Origin: Nostoc punctiforme PCC 73102
GTDB lineage: Bacteria > Cyanobacteriota > Cyanobacteriia > Cyanobacteriales > Nostocaceae
Assembly: GCF_000020025.1 (NCBI RefSeq)
Contig: NC_010628.1
Span: 1,410,001-1,442,000, forward strand
DNA length: 32,000 bases
Reading direction: 5' to 3'
This document shows, piece by piece, positions 17,384-27,360 of the stretch (within the stretch, counting starts at the first letter, position 1; the number at the start of each line of letters is the position of its first letter). A program made the position numbers and the translations under genes. The notes below the pieces were generated by a model. It was not told the origin of the DNA. It did no database searches and worked only from the letters and a program-made list of their open reading frames with translations.

Positions 17384-20356
17384 TTAATGTATGCCGCAAA
17401 ATGGATCGCGTTCTTTATCAACTTCATTGGGTTGCAATTCTAATTCAGCAATATAAATACATCCCTCTTCTTTTAGGCATTCCTGACTGTTTGATGTCCA
17501 GTAAGGTACTTCACCAGCGTGCATCCGCAGAATGCCTTGATCGTCAAGAGTTACACGATATTGGCAAGGGTAATCTGTTGTCACATCTGGTTTGCTGAGT
17601 GCGCCAATTCGTATCCATTTTTTGCTGTTGGTTTCCGTGTCTGTATGATAAATATAAAAAGTGTGCTGGCCAGTTTGTGGAAATGGAGGCAAGGGATTAC
17701 TAATTAACCCAATTCCTGGCTCCGTCACACCATCGCGCAGATAGTGAAATTTTTTGAACAATTTACTCCCATCATTTCCTACTTCGAATACAAGATGATA
17801 GGCATCTGGTTGATCGACAGTTGCGGACTCAATAACATTGACGGCAATATCACCATCATTTAAATCTTTATTGAAACCTTCAACAGCAATATTCCAATTC
17901 AATTTACCATCAGCAAATAGGGGTGATGTTTCAGAAACAACCGATTCCAAATCAATGCCAGGAATATCAATTAAATAATGGGGATTTCCCTGACAAAGCA
18001 ACACATTAAATTCAAGGGTTTGGTCAATCTCAAACTGAACTTTAATTTTTTTCAGGAACTCTGCCTCTTGCATTCCCAGTTTATTCATGAGGTTTTTACC
18101 GTCGAAGCTACCCCATAGTCGTAAATCTCCATCTTCGTAGTCTTGACGGTAAATAATATTAGTTAATTGGATTCCTTGCCATGCAGTACGAACCTTGGCG
18201 ACAGTTTCCCAAGGTGCAAGTTGATAGAGTTCTTGTCCAGCCTTAAATATGGTTAGTAAATCGTTACTCTGGGTTTTGCGTTTGAAGTTACAAGGCAAAT
18301 AATAAAATAGATTTTTGACATCAATTTCTAGCTGGTTGGCTCCCTTACGCAGCAAGCTTTTTGACTCTTCTGGATCGAATCTTAATCTTCGTAGTTTTTC
18401 GGCATAGCAAGCACCGGCAGAGGTGGCTAATTTGGTAAATTCCAGCACAAAAGTAATTCGTTCTGGATTCCACACAAAATATGGAGACTTACTAAATTCT
18501 TGGTAAATTTGGCGCTGTACTATGTCTAAATTACAAGTTTTTCCAGACAGAATTAACCAATCTACTTTTTGGGAATTCCAAGAATCTTTGGCGATCTCAT
18601 CGGGACGTAAGCGACTTTCCATCAATCCTTTAGCAATACCGATCGCTTCCTTAATTCCTGAAACGGTGGCTCGTTCAAACTGGTAGTTATCTAGAGTAAC
18701 GCAGATGCTATTTGGATCTTTGACTTGCAATTTAATGGCACTTTGAGTGAGCAGTTCAGAAATTTGTTGTTCAGAAAGTGTGAAGGTTAAAAGAGAATTA
18801 TCTGCTGGTGCCTTTTGCCCAAGTTTAAGTTTAGCTGCTTCTGCATGATCCCAGAGAATATAAAAGGATTGCAAGCGTTGGGGTGCTTGTTGCCAACGAG
18901 TGGGTAATACTTTCTCGGCAGTATCTAGGGCATCTTTATAAGCAATATCGCCTTCTGGATTATCTTTATCTAGACATTTTAAAAGACTGCCATTTTTGAA
19001 TTTGCCTTGTTCTAAAAAGCGTTCGTTTAACTCAGAACTAATTAAATCTTCTAGTTTTTCGCTTTCAATATCACCTGTTGTTACTGCTGCCAATAAAAAA
19101 TCTGCGATCACAACTTTTAATAATCTAAAAATTCGCAGTGTAATTAACTCACCACCTAACTGTAAATGACCGGATGAACCTAATAGTTTGGGGGTGAGTT
19201 TATAGTAACGTCCTCCTAAACCCCGGTCTTCATAATCAGCAAAAGTTGGGGTTTTGTCTTCTAAAGTCAGTTCAATTAAAGCTAAGTCTGTGGTTCCGCC
19301 GCCGATATCCAAAACGAGGACATTTTGTGACCATTTATTTCCTACTTGACGGCAACGAGTTTTGAATGACTCGATGCCAATATTCAGATTACCGCCAAAT
19401 TCTCGCCATAAAAAGAATATTGCCACAGAAACGGCTTCATCATAAGCAGTTTGGACATCATCTATCCCCAATTGCTCAACAAATTCCTTAACTTCTTTGC
19501 GAACAACTGGTGGGGCGACGGTGGGGTAGGTGACAACTGCTGTCAAAAAAGTTCCTTCTGAAAATCTACGTTGGGCGCGTTGGCGATAATCTTCAGTTAA
19601 CTCGATTAAATGCGCCCAAGCAGATTGAATCAGTTGATTTGCGGTAATTATTTTTTCTTCACCATCCAAAATAACTGAAAACGATCGCTCCTGACCAAAA
19701 TAGCGTTTGGGTGAATGGTGAAACCTGCTGATAATTTCCTTTAAAGAACTGCTGGTACCTTGAGCGATCGCTTTTTTGCGGTTATCTCTAGCTTCTCTAC
19801 CCATCCGCAGTTTTAAGTCCCCTAACTGCGAAATTTCCAACTCGCTGGGAATTTCCGTATCGCGGCGATCGATATCCAGCACAACTGGGATCAGATTTTG
19901 CGACTCTAGGGTAGGGACGCGGAACACCTCATGATAGATTTGGTAAAGTTTTTTGCTGACAGCACGGCGAAACCTCTCGCTGTTTCCTAAAGAAAGTTCA
20001 ATTTGGCGAATTGCTTCTAAAAAACGCTCTTTATTGTCACTTTCAAAAACTTCACTCAATTTGCTTGGATCTATATCCAGGTTTTTGCTAATTTCTGTGA
20101 TGAATTTTGCCCAATCATCATCGCTAACATCTGGTAAAGCAACTGAAGCGGGAGAACTCAGCCATTGTGATAAGCGATCGCGCAACCGCATTTCTTGTTC
20201 TTTTGGGAGAATTTCTGCGATCGGCACTTCAATCGGATCGAAAAGTGTAACTGTAGAGTTCGATGTACCAAAATCTAAAGCAAACCATCCCGGAAATCTT
20301 TTTTGTTGTTTCTCTGGTTCTTGATCGCTATATTTGTTGAGTTGAAAAGGGTTCAT
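17384..20356 (-). CDS. large Hsp70/actin-fold ATPase-like protein with an unknown ~350-aa C-terminal domain
   Basis: Phosphate-1 motif WFALDFGTSNS (about 20251-20290), phosphate-2 motif VLVLDIGGGTTDLAL (about 19291-19320), and the adenosine-motif-like ILSGKTCNLDIVQRQI. ATG at 20356 is preferred. The GTG at 20446 used by the ORF track lies within intergenic repeat sequence. Confidence 0.8.
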   Translation of the reverse strand: MNPFQLNKYSDQEPEKQQKRFPGWFALDFGTSNSTVTLFDPIEVPIAEILPKEQEMRLRDRLSQWLSSPASVALPDVSDDDWAKFITEISKNLDIDPSKLSEVFESDNKERFLEAIRQIELSLGNSERFRRAVSKKLYQIYHEVFRVPTLESQNLIPVVLDIDRRDTEIPSELEISQLGDLKLRMGREARDNRKKAIAQGTSSSLKEIISRFHHSPKRYFGQERSFSVILDGEEKIITANQLIQSAWAHLIELTEDYRQRAQRRFSEGTFLTAVVTYPTVAPPVVRKEVKEFVEQLGIDDVQTAYDEAVSVAIFFLWREFGGNLNIGIESFKTRCRQVGNKWSQNVLVLDIGGGTTDLALIELTLEDKTPTFADYEDRGLGGRYYKLTPKLLGSSGHLQLGGELITLRIFRLLKVVIADFLLAAVTTGDIESEKLEDLISSELNERFLEQGKFKNGSLLKCLDKDNPEGDIAYKDALDTAEKVLPTRWQQAPQRLQSFYILWDHAEAAKLKLGQKAPADNSLLTFTLSEQQISELLTQSAIKLQVKDPNSICVTLDNYQFERATVSGIKEAIGIAKGLMESRLRPDEIAKDSWNSQKVDWLILSGKTCNLDIVQRQIYQEFSKSPYFVWNPERITFVLEFTKLATSAGACYAEKLRRLRFDPEESKSLLRKGANQLEIDVKNLFYYLPCNFKRKTQSNDLLTIFKAGQELYQLAPWETVAKVRTAWQGIQLTNIIYRQDYEDGDLRLWGSFDGKNLMNKLGMQEAEFLKKIKVQFEIDQTLEFNVLLCQGNPHYLIDIPGIDLESVVSETSPLFADGKLNWNIAVEGFNKDLNDGDIAVNVIESATVDQPDAYHLVFEVGNDGSKLFKKFHYLRDGVTEPGIGLISNPLPPFPQTGQHTFYIYHTDTETNSKKWIRIGALSKPDVTTDYPCQYRVTLDDQGILRMHAGEVPYWTSNSQECLKEEGCIYIAELELQPNEVDKERDPFCGIH

Positions 20357-20767
20357 TACAGTATCCGTTTCTGTTGTTTGGTTAGTAGAGCTTTGCGTCG
20401 TAATGTGAGGAATTGAGGGATGAAATTTAAACGCAAAGATTAGCACAGAGGAACGCAGATTTTTTAGTTTTGATTTTCTATGAATTGAGGAAATCTTATA
20501 CTTAATTTGTGGCTCCTTGAAAATCTGCTGAGGAGCATCCCAATTAGAAAAAATATACAGTACTGATGCAAAAACCCTTTTAAATCTTCTTACCTTTGCG
20601 TCCTACCCTGCGGGAAGCCACTTCGTGTCTATGCGTCCTTTGCGGTTCGTTTTCTCATCCTCCTGGGTAAGTTGCAATCCCCTATGTAAATTAAATTTGA
20701 GTATTTGGCTTAGGGGAAAGATTACAAGTATTATTGAATAATTTATCCCCTATAACCTATTTTCAAA

Positions 20768-23329
20768 TCACGAAATATCTAAGTAAGAAACAGCAGCGAT
20801 TTCTGAAAGAATCTGCAACCAAGTAGGAATCGCTATCTCAGGTGGTAAGTCCCCAGCCGCCAAATATCTCAGCAAAGTTTCTTTTTTTGAAAGGTTTTGT
20901 AAACTAGGAATAATTTGATCCAAAATGCCTGCTATTTCTGAATTAATTTGCTGATTAACTTCGCTAACATACTGCACAAGATGGAGACTAGCGCTAGCAG
21001 TGATTTCATCTCGCAGCCGCAGTACTAAAAGTTGGTGATTGCTCGATCTAGATAAACCTTGGCTTTTTTCTGGTGCCCAGTCAAAGATTTGACCAACGTT
21101 GTGTTTCTCGTCTTGACGCGCTAAAGGAAAGATGGTTTCAGGTGCAACTGTTTTATCTTTACTACTGATTTCCGAGATGATTGCTTCCTTCCATTCATTA
21201 GGATCGCATCCTAGTAATAATTTGTAAAAGAGATCGGCATCTTCAAAACCAAATTTTTCTTCGATTTCTTGTTCCATATCTGGATGGAAAAATACTTGCA
21301 ATTGTTCGCGTTCTGGGGCTACATAATTTGACAATTGGTTCAACAAATCCACCACTGCTTGATGAATGCGATCGCGGGCAAAATCTTCTACTTCTTTAAC
21401 GGTTTTTTCAAATACTGGATAAAAATCATCGCTTTTAGTTGGAAGAGAACTATTTACACGATTTCCTCGATCGAATAATTTCCCTGCTGCACCTTTAGAT
21501 TCTGCCAGAGCGATCGCTCCATTGTTGGCTTTGTTGAAGAGTAAAGTCCACTGGTTCCAATTGAGGATTCTAAAAGTGAGTTCGTCTTTAACTACATCGC
21601 TGACGACAACACCGCGCCGATCTTTAAGTGGTTCTGTCCCTAAATCTTTTTGAAAATTCCTGTAGATTTTATCCAAGCTTTCGACCACAAAGCGCAACTC
21701 GATAAAGGCGGGACTGTCTCCTGTAGGGATGCCTTGCTCATGAATCTCATCTATGATGTCCTTCAGGTGATCTTGTTGCTGACTCACAACATCAGCAGCT
21801 CTGCGAGTATCTTCATACAGTTGCTTCAGACCATGAGTAGCTACGTGGGTTTGAATTAATTCCCGCAACTTACTAAGTCCCCCATCTTGACCAAAGTAAC
21901 CTAGTTGCTTCCCTAAATTACTGCGGGGATCGGTCTCTAACAGCCGTTCACTTAATAGCTCCCATTTATCTTGTAGCCGTTTAGAGCGATCTAGGTAATC
22001 AGGATAGTCCAAGTTAGCCAAAAAATCTGGTGAGCCTGCTTTGACGGTACTAGAACGTTTTGCTAATTCAGCTAGTCCCAACAGTGGCGACAGTAAAACG
22101 ATGCGGTCTTTTTGGGTTGTAAAGGCTTCTGCACCATCAATGGTAGTTTGCAGAACTTTGAGTTTTTGGAAAACGGTTTCCTCTTTTAAATGCGGACTAT
22201 CTTCAATCAGGCGATCAAGTTCTCTTTCGCCACCTTCACTGTCTAGGGGGAGTTGATCGAAACGACCTACACCTACGAGAATTAAATCTTTCAGGTCTTG
22301 TCCAGGTCGCTGCTGCTGCATCATGGTAAAGATTTTATTGGCGCGATCGCTACCGGGAGATTTACCATTTAGCAATACCAAAATTGTTTGTACTTCTGCC
22401 AGTTCCCGCAGTGACAAAAAGGTATCCCTAGCTCCCGAATTAGCAGCTCCCAATCCTGGAAAGTCGATCAGAATAAATTTAGCTGCACCTGTAAAATCCC
22501 AAATTTCCCGTGAGATTTTCACATCGATATCTACGCGACGGATGAGTGGAAAGCTATTCTGCAATAACTTTGTTGGTAGCCTCTGGGGTGGACTTGGTAA
22601 TCGGATATGCGCTGGCGGTAAATCCTCAAATTTCAGATTTTGGATTGCCATTGGCTGTTCGATCAGTTGTAGCCCCTCACGGGCGGTGGTAGCATCAATC
22701 TGGTAGTGCCCACCACACATCACTTCCCCATAAGCTTGATAAGCCCGCAGGAATAATACCAACTCCCGGAGTAAATAACGTAGCTCTAAATTGTTGCTAC
22801 TATTCCAAGCCTCCTCACACCAGCTAATAATATCTTTGCCAGAGTTGAGTTTTGATACTGGTATCGGAGGAAGTCCTGCTGCTGTCGTGCGTTTATGGGC
22901 TTCCCCTAGCATGAAGCGTAGACACTCATGTACCCCTTCGTGAGAAAGATACTCTACAGTGAAATTGCTTAATTGGGTAGTTGCAAAGTCGTCCTGCGGG
23001 ATGATATGTATTGCGGTAACATTACCTGTAGTGGGGTTTTCACTGACTGGTAAAGCATCTGCATATCCAATTAGACTGCCTAAAAGTAAAGTTTTTCCAC
23101 TACTGAATTCCCCCATCACCCCAATTTTGACAGGTGAAGTTGCAAGGTCTACAGTTTTCTGGGCAGCTGACCGCAAACGCAGGAGACAGTCATCAAGACT
23201 AGCTGGAACCCAATCTTCTTGTTTTGAAGGGTGCTGGGGCACAGAATCTATCTTTCGGAGGATGAATTCGCCGTACTCCTTAAAACGGCCCAGTTTATCT
23301 GGTTCCATAAAGTAGTTCCCGCCTAACAT
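20768..23329 (-). CDS. bacterial dynamin-like GTPase (853 aa)
   Basis: G1 P-loop GVMGEFSSGKTLLLGS (about 23091-23120), G2-like TTGNVT and G3 DFPGLGA, followed by a long helical region. An alternative start at 23308 is possible. Confidence 0.8.
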   Translation of the reverse strand: MLGGNYFMEPDKLGRFKEYGEFILRKIDSVPQHPSKQEDWVPASLDDCLLRLRSAAQKTVDLATSPVKIGVMGEFSSGKTLLLGSLIGYADALPVSENPTTGNVTAIHIIPQDDFATTQLSNFTVEYLSHEGVHECLRFMLGEAHKRTTAAGLPPIPVSKLNSGKDIISWCEEAWNSSNNLELRYLLRELVLFLRAYQAYGEVMCGGHYQIDATTAREGLQLIEQPMAIQNLKFEDLPPAHIRLPSPPQRLPTKLLQNSFPLIRRVDIDVKISREIWDFTGAAKFILIDFPGLGAANSGARDTFLSLRELAEVQTILVLLNGKSPGSDRANKIFTMMQQQRPGQDLKDLILVGVGRFDQLPLDSEGGERELDRLIEDSPHLKEETVFQKLKVLQTTIDGAEAFTTQKDRIVLLSPLLGLAELAKRSSTVKAGSPDFLANLDYPDYLDRSKRLQDKWELLSERLLETDPRSNLGKQLGYFGQDGGLSKLRELIQTHVATHGLKQLYEDTRRAADVVSQQQDHLKDIIDEIHEQGIPTGDSPAFIELRFVVESLDKIYRNFQKDLGTEPLKDRRGVVVSDVVKDELTFRILNWNQWTLLFNKANNGAIALAESKGAAGKLFDRGNRVNSSLPTKSDDFYPVFEKTVKEVEDFARDRIHQAVVDLLNQLSNYVAPEREQLQVFFHPDMEQEIEEKFGFEDADLFYKLLLGCDPNEWKEAIISEISSKDKTVAPETIFPLARQDEKHNVGQIFDWAPEKSQGLSRSSNHQLLVLRLRDEITASASLHLVQYVSEVNQQINSEIAGILDQIIPSLQNLSKKETLLRYLAAGDLPPEIAIPTWLQILSEIAAVSYLDIS

Positions 23330-24221
23330 GAATTTCTGTGAGCTTTATAACATATAAAATACGATAGCTAGTCATTGTTGCAACGTGTTGATATCACATT
23401 TAGCATCTCTCTCATTTAATTTGCGATTTTGGAATGAAGCATTTTGAACGGTCAAGACAATTTTGAAAAATCGGGTTTTTCAAGAAAAGTTGAAAAGGAA
23501 TTCAGAAGTCAGAATTCAGAAGCTCAGAATTGTAATGTAGATTTTTATACACAGAATTATAGAAAATCCTTAGTATAGATTTGGGCATTAAATCCTTTTA
23601 GAGCATTGATTTTAAGAGATTTTCTGAAAAAAATTAGGTGAATATAATTCGTTACTACACAAGCAAAGTTTACTTACACGGAAGACTTAAAAAATCAAAA
23701 ATTTCAAACCCACTGACGTTGGTTTTGTATTTCGACTCCGCTCAACACAAGTCTGTATAGTCGTGACTTATAGTCGCCAGGACTTTAATTCATGCTGAAT
23801 TCTTCTTGATAAAAAATCAATATTTATTTGATATGAAATTACCAATTATTATGAATTTCTGATAAAGATGTAATCGCCTCATAGCGACTCATATAGTTTT
23901 TGTGAAGTTAAATAAGGTTTTGAGCGATGTGATTACATAGCTAAGATGAACTTAAAGGTAATTTTAAGAATAAACATAGTCAAATAATTTTCCTGATAGA
24001 TGGATAATTTAAATTTCACCAAAAATCATGAAGTTAATCTTAATGATAACTTCAGCATTTTTTTAATTTATTTACAAGAGAAAAGCAATTGTTGGAGATA
24101 TAAAAATAAATAAAGTATTAAGATAAAATAACAGGCCGCAATCAAGATGATATCCCTTTATTAACAAATTCTATTTTCAGACATATTACCTTAATAATTT
24201 AGGCAGAGCAGGCAGGCAAAA

Positions 24222-27089
24222 GTGTTTTCCAAAAAGGTGCAGAGCTACATTAACGAAATCATGGTTCAAGAGGAAGTAATACCACAGGATGAAAAAGTAT
24301 TTTGCCAGCAGGTAGACACTTCTCCTTTGATGATTTGGATGGCTGGATGCAATGCACTTTATTGCTACTTAAATTCAAATTGGCTGGAATTTACTGGAAC
24401 CCATCTAACAAAAGGCGGGCCTGCATCTGCTCGAGTAGAAGAGATAAGCAAGATCTGGGCTTGTAGCGTCCATCCAGAAGATAGACAACGATGTAAGAAT
24501 ATATACTTAAAAGCATTTGCAACGTATAATTCTTTCCAGAGGCAATATCGCCTGCGTCGGTCTGATGGCAAATATCGCTGGATTTTAGATACGGCTGCGC
24601 CACGATTTTCAGCAGATGGCAGCTTTGCGGGTTACATCGGTTATTGTGTGGATGTGACAGAAGTGCGACCTACCCTGAGAGAAAACTGCTCGGCATCTAC
24701 AAATTCATCTCGTCGTCTTTGCAAATTAACAGAACAAAAACAGGCGGCAAAATTAAAAAAAGCACAAAAGCAACTACAAGCCGAAACTGCAAAACGCCAA
24801 GTAGTTGAATCACAGTTACGCCAAAAGACATCGGAATTTACAGCGATTTTGCAAGTGCTTCCTGATTTGTACTTTCGTATCAATGCTGATGGAAGTATTC
24901 TGGATTACAAACCAGGAAAGATTGGGAACCAATACATTTCAACAGAAGATTGTCAGGGCAAGAGTTTGCTAGAATGCCTACCGACTGCTATCTGCGATCG
25001 CTTCCAGCAAGCAATAACTCAAGTACTAGAAACTCAATCTTCAGTCAGTTTTGAATATACCTTACCGCTCCCACAAGGGAATAATAATTTTGAAGCTAGG
25101 TTATTACCATTACCAGACCAGCAAATCATAGTTCTTGTCGGTGACATCAGCGATACAGTACAAACAGCATTAATAGAAAGCGATACCAAATTTCGCACCA
25201 TTATTGAAAATGCCAATAACGTTATTTTTGCCCTGACACTTGAGGGGATATTTTCTTACGTTTCTCCAAACTGGACTGAAATTTTTGGGCATGAGATTGC
25301 AGAGGTTGAAGGCCAATCTTTTATTCCCTTTGTGCATCCTGATGATGTGCCTATTTGTGCAGATTATTTCCAAAGAATTGCGACAACAACCGAAAAGCAA
25401 GACGCAATTGAATATCGGGTAAAACACAAAAATGGCAGTTGGCGATGGCATACAAGCAACTCATCTGCTATTAGAGATGCCAATGGTAATATTGTAAACT
25501 TCGTTGGTATTTGCTATGACACCACCGATCGCAAACAAGCAGAAGTTGCACTCAGAGAATGTGCCCAACGGGAAGCATTACTCAATCGTCTTTCTAACCA
25601 GATTCGAGCTTCGTTGGATCTCAATTATATTGTGGAAACCGCAGTGCGGGAGATCCGTGACTTATTCCAAATTGATCGCTGCGCCTTCTTTTGGTATCGG
25701 CAAGAGGCTGAAGTTACTCATTGGGAGAAAGTATACGAAGCGAAAAGTTCCTTTTTACCCTGTCTAGTTGACGAGCAAGAAGCAACTAGTGCAGAAATTG
25801 AACTCATCGCCGCCAAAACCTTGAATAGAGAAATTATCCGCATTAATGATGTTGAGACTGTAACCGATTGCACTGCACAGCTATTTTTGCGGGATTTTGG
25901 TTTCACTGCTTTTATGTCGCTACCTGTACACACCAAATCTGGCGAAATAGGCACATTTAGCTGTGGTTCTTGTGGTGGCTTCCGGCCTTGGCTAGACAAC
26001 GAAGTAGAATTACTACAGGCAGTTACAGTGCAAATAGCGATCGCCATTGACCAAGCTAAACTCTACACCCAAAGTCGCATTGCTGCTCAAACTGCCCAAG
26101 ACAAAGCCCAGCAATTAGAAGCAGCATTACTAGAACTTCAACAGACCCAAACGCAACTGATTCAAACCGAAAAAATGTCCAGTTTGGGACAATTGGTTGC
26201 AGGTATTGCCCACGAAATTAATAATCCCGTCAATTTTATCTACGGCAATATTAGCCACGCTCGTGAATATACTAAAGATTTATTGCACTTGGTAGAACTT
26301 TATCAACAGAGTTACTGCCCACCAACACGAGAGATTCACCAACAAATCTACAACATAGATTTAGACTTTCTCAAGCAAGATTTGCCTAAAATTCTGGATT
26401 CTATGAACATGGGAGCCGAACGCATTCGGCAGATAGTCTTATCTTTACGCAATTTTTCTCGCCTTGATGAAGACGGCACGAAAGCAGTAGATATTCATGA
26501 AGGTATTGATAGCACCTTACTGCTGTTGCAAAATCGTTTGAAAGCCAAACTAGGATGTCCCGAAATCCAAGTAATCCGAGACTATGGCAACCTACCACCA
26601 GTAGTCTGTCACGCAGGACAGATGAATCAGGTGTTTATGAATTTGTTAGCAAATGCGATCGATGTTTTAGAAGAGTCATTTGTCACTTGTACTGAGCGTA
26701 GCCGTACCACTTCGTGGAAGCAAGCTACGCGTAGCGTCTCGCAGAGAAGTATTAGTCACTTGTCATTAGTAAATAACTCTAAACAAAGGACAAATGACCA
26801 AGAACAAATGACTTCTCCCCAGATTCGCATTCGCACCCTTATCAAAGAAGACCGTGTAATCATTAGCTTTACCGACAATGGCCCAGGCATGACTGAAGAA
26901 GTACGCAAACGCTTATTTGACCCCTTCTTTACTACAAAATCCGTGGGTAAAGGCACGGGTATGGGTTTGTCAATTAGCTACCAAATTGTCGTCCAAAAAC
27001 ACGGCGGACAAATCCAGTGTATTTCAGCACCAGGAGAAGGCGCGGAGTTTATCATCATGATTCCACTACATGAGCAACCTTCAACATAA
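24222..27089 (+). CDS. multi-sensor (PAS/PAC x3 - GAF) histidine kinase
   Basis: PAC-like motifs YRLRRSDGKYRWILDT and YRVKHKNGSWRWHTSN. GAF region DRCAFFWY...VQIAIAIDQAKL. HisKA EKMSSLGQLVAGIAHEINNP. N-box NLLANAIDVLEE, G1 TDNGPGM, G2 GKGTGMGLSISY. The start is uncertain (GTG 24222 or ATG 24252). Confidence 0.9.
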   Translation: MFSKKVQSYINEIMVQEEVIPQDEKVFCQQVDTSPLMIWMAGCNALYCYLNSNWLEFTGTHLTKGGPASARVEEISKIWACSVHPEDRQRCKNIYLKAFATYNSFQRQYRLRRSDGKYRWILDTAAPRFSADGSFAGYIGYCVDVTEVRPTLRENCSASTNSSRRLCKLTEQKQAAKLKKAQKQLQAETAKRQVVESQLRQKTSEFTAILQVLPDLYFRINADGSILDYKPGKIGNQYISTEDCQGKSLLECLPTAICDRFQQAITQVLETQSSVSFEYTLPLPQGNNNFEARLLPLPDQQIIVLVGDISDTVQTALIESDTKFRTIIENANNVIFALTLEGIFSYVSPNWTEIFGHEIAEVEGQSFIPFVHPDDVPICADYFQRIATTTEKQDAIEYRVKHKNGSWRWHTSNSSAIRDANGNIVNFVGICYDTTDRKQAEVALRECAQREALLNRLSNQIRASLDLNYIVETAVREIRDLFQIDRCAFFWYRQEAEVTHWEKVYEAKSSFLPCLVDEQEATSAEIELIAAKTLNREIIRINDVETVTDCTAQLFLRDFGFTAFMSLPVHTKSGEIGTFSCGSCGGFRPWLDNEVELLQAVTVQIAIAIDQAKLYTQSRIAAQTAQDKAQQLEAALLELQQTQTQLIQTEKMSSLGQLVAGIAHEINNPVNFIYGNISHAREYTKDLLHLVELYQQSYCPPTREIHQQIYNIDLDFLKQDLPKILDSMNMGAERIRQIVLSLRNFSRLDEDGTKAVDIHEGIDSTLLLLQNRLKAKLGCPEIQVIRDYGNLPPVVCHAGQMNQVFMNLLANAIDVLEESFVTCTERSRTTSWKQATRSVSQRSISHLSLVNNSKQRTNDQEQMTSPQIRIRTLIKEDRVIISFTDNGPGMTEEVRKRLFDPFFTTKSVGKGTGMGLSISYQIVVQKHGGQIQCISAPGEGAEFIIMIPLHEQPST
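26676..26812. repeat. composite small-dispersed-repeat insertion carried in-frame inside the HATPase domain
   Basis: Inverted GTCATTTGTCA-type termini at 26676-26691 and 26783-26812. Inside are CTTGTACTGAGCG (also at 8941-8953) and AGCGTCTCGCAGAGAAG (16/17 match to 5735 and 17353). The boundaries are approximate. Confidence 0.7.
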
Positions 27090-27360
27090 ATACAACTTTA
27101 ATCTTTTCTTAATCAAAAAGTTAACCTATTGGTTGTTAACTAAGATTAATTCACTTTTTGCTGCAACATTTGAACCCCCCAAAAACCTAAAATTTACAGG
27201 AATTGGGGGGATTATTTATACTAATATGGGGAGTTAGAGCTAGAAAGATTACACTTTAATTACTCTGTAATGGTAGTACTATCTTTGCGTCGGCATAGCC
27301 CAACCCAGGCGATAGCACCTTTAAAAAAATCCCTGAATACAAGTAAGGTAGAAGGCTGGG

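Noticed and set aside
23725-23760. TTCGACTCC-containing stretch that looked like a tRNA T-arm remnant (possible att site).
   Set aside because: No complementary T-stem is present. The sequence is the reverse complement of the dispersed repeat CTTGTNNTGAGCGNAGTCGA, also seen at 8941-8964 and 26686-26698.
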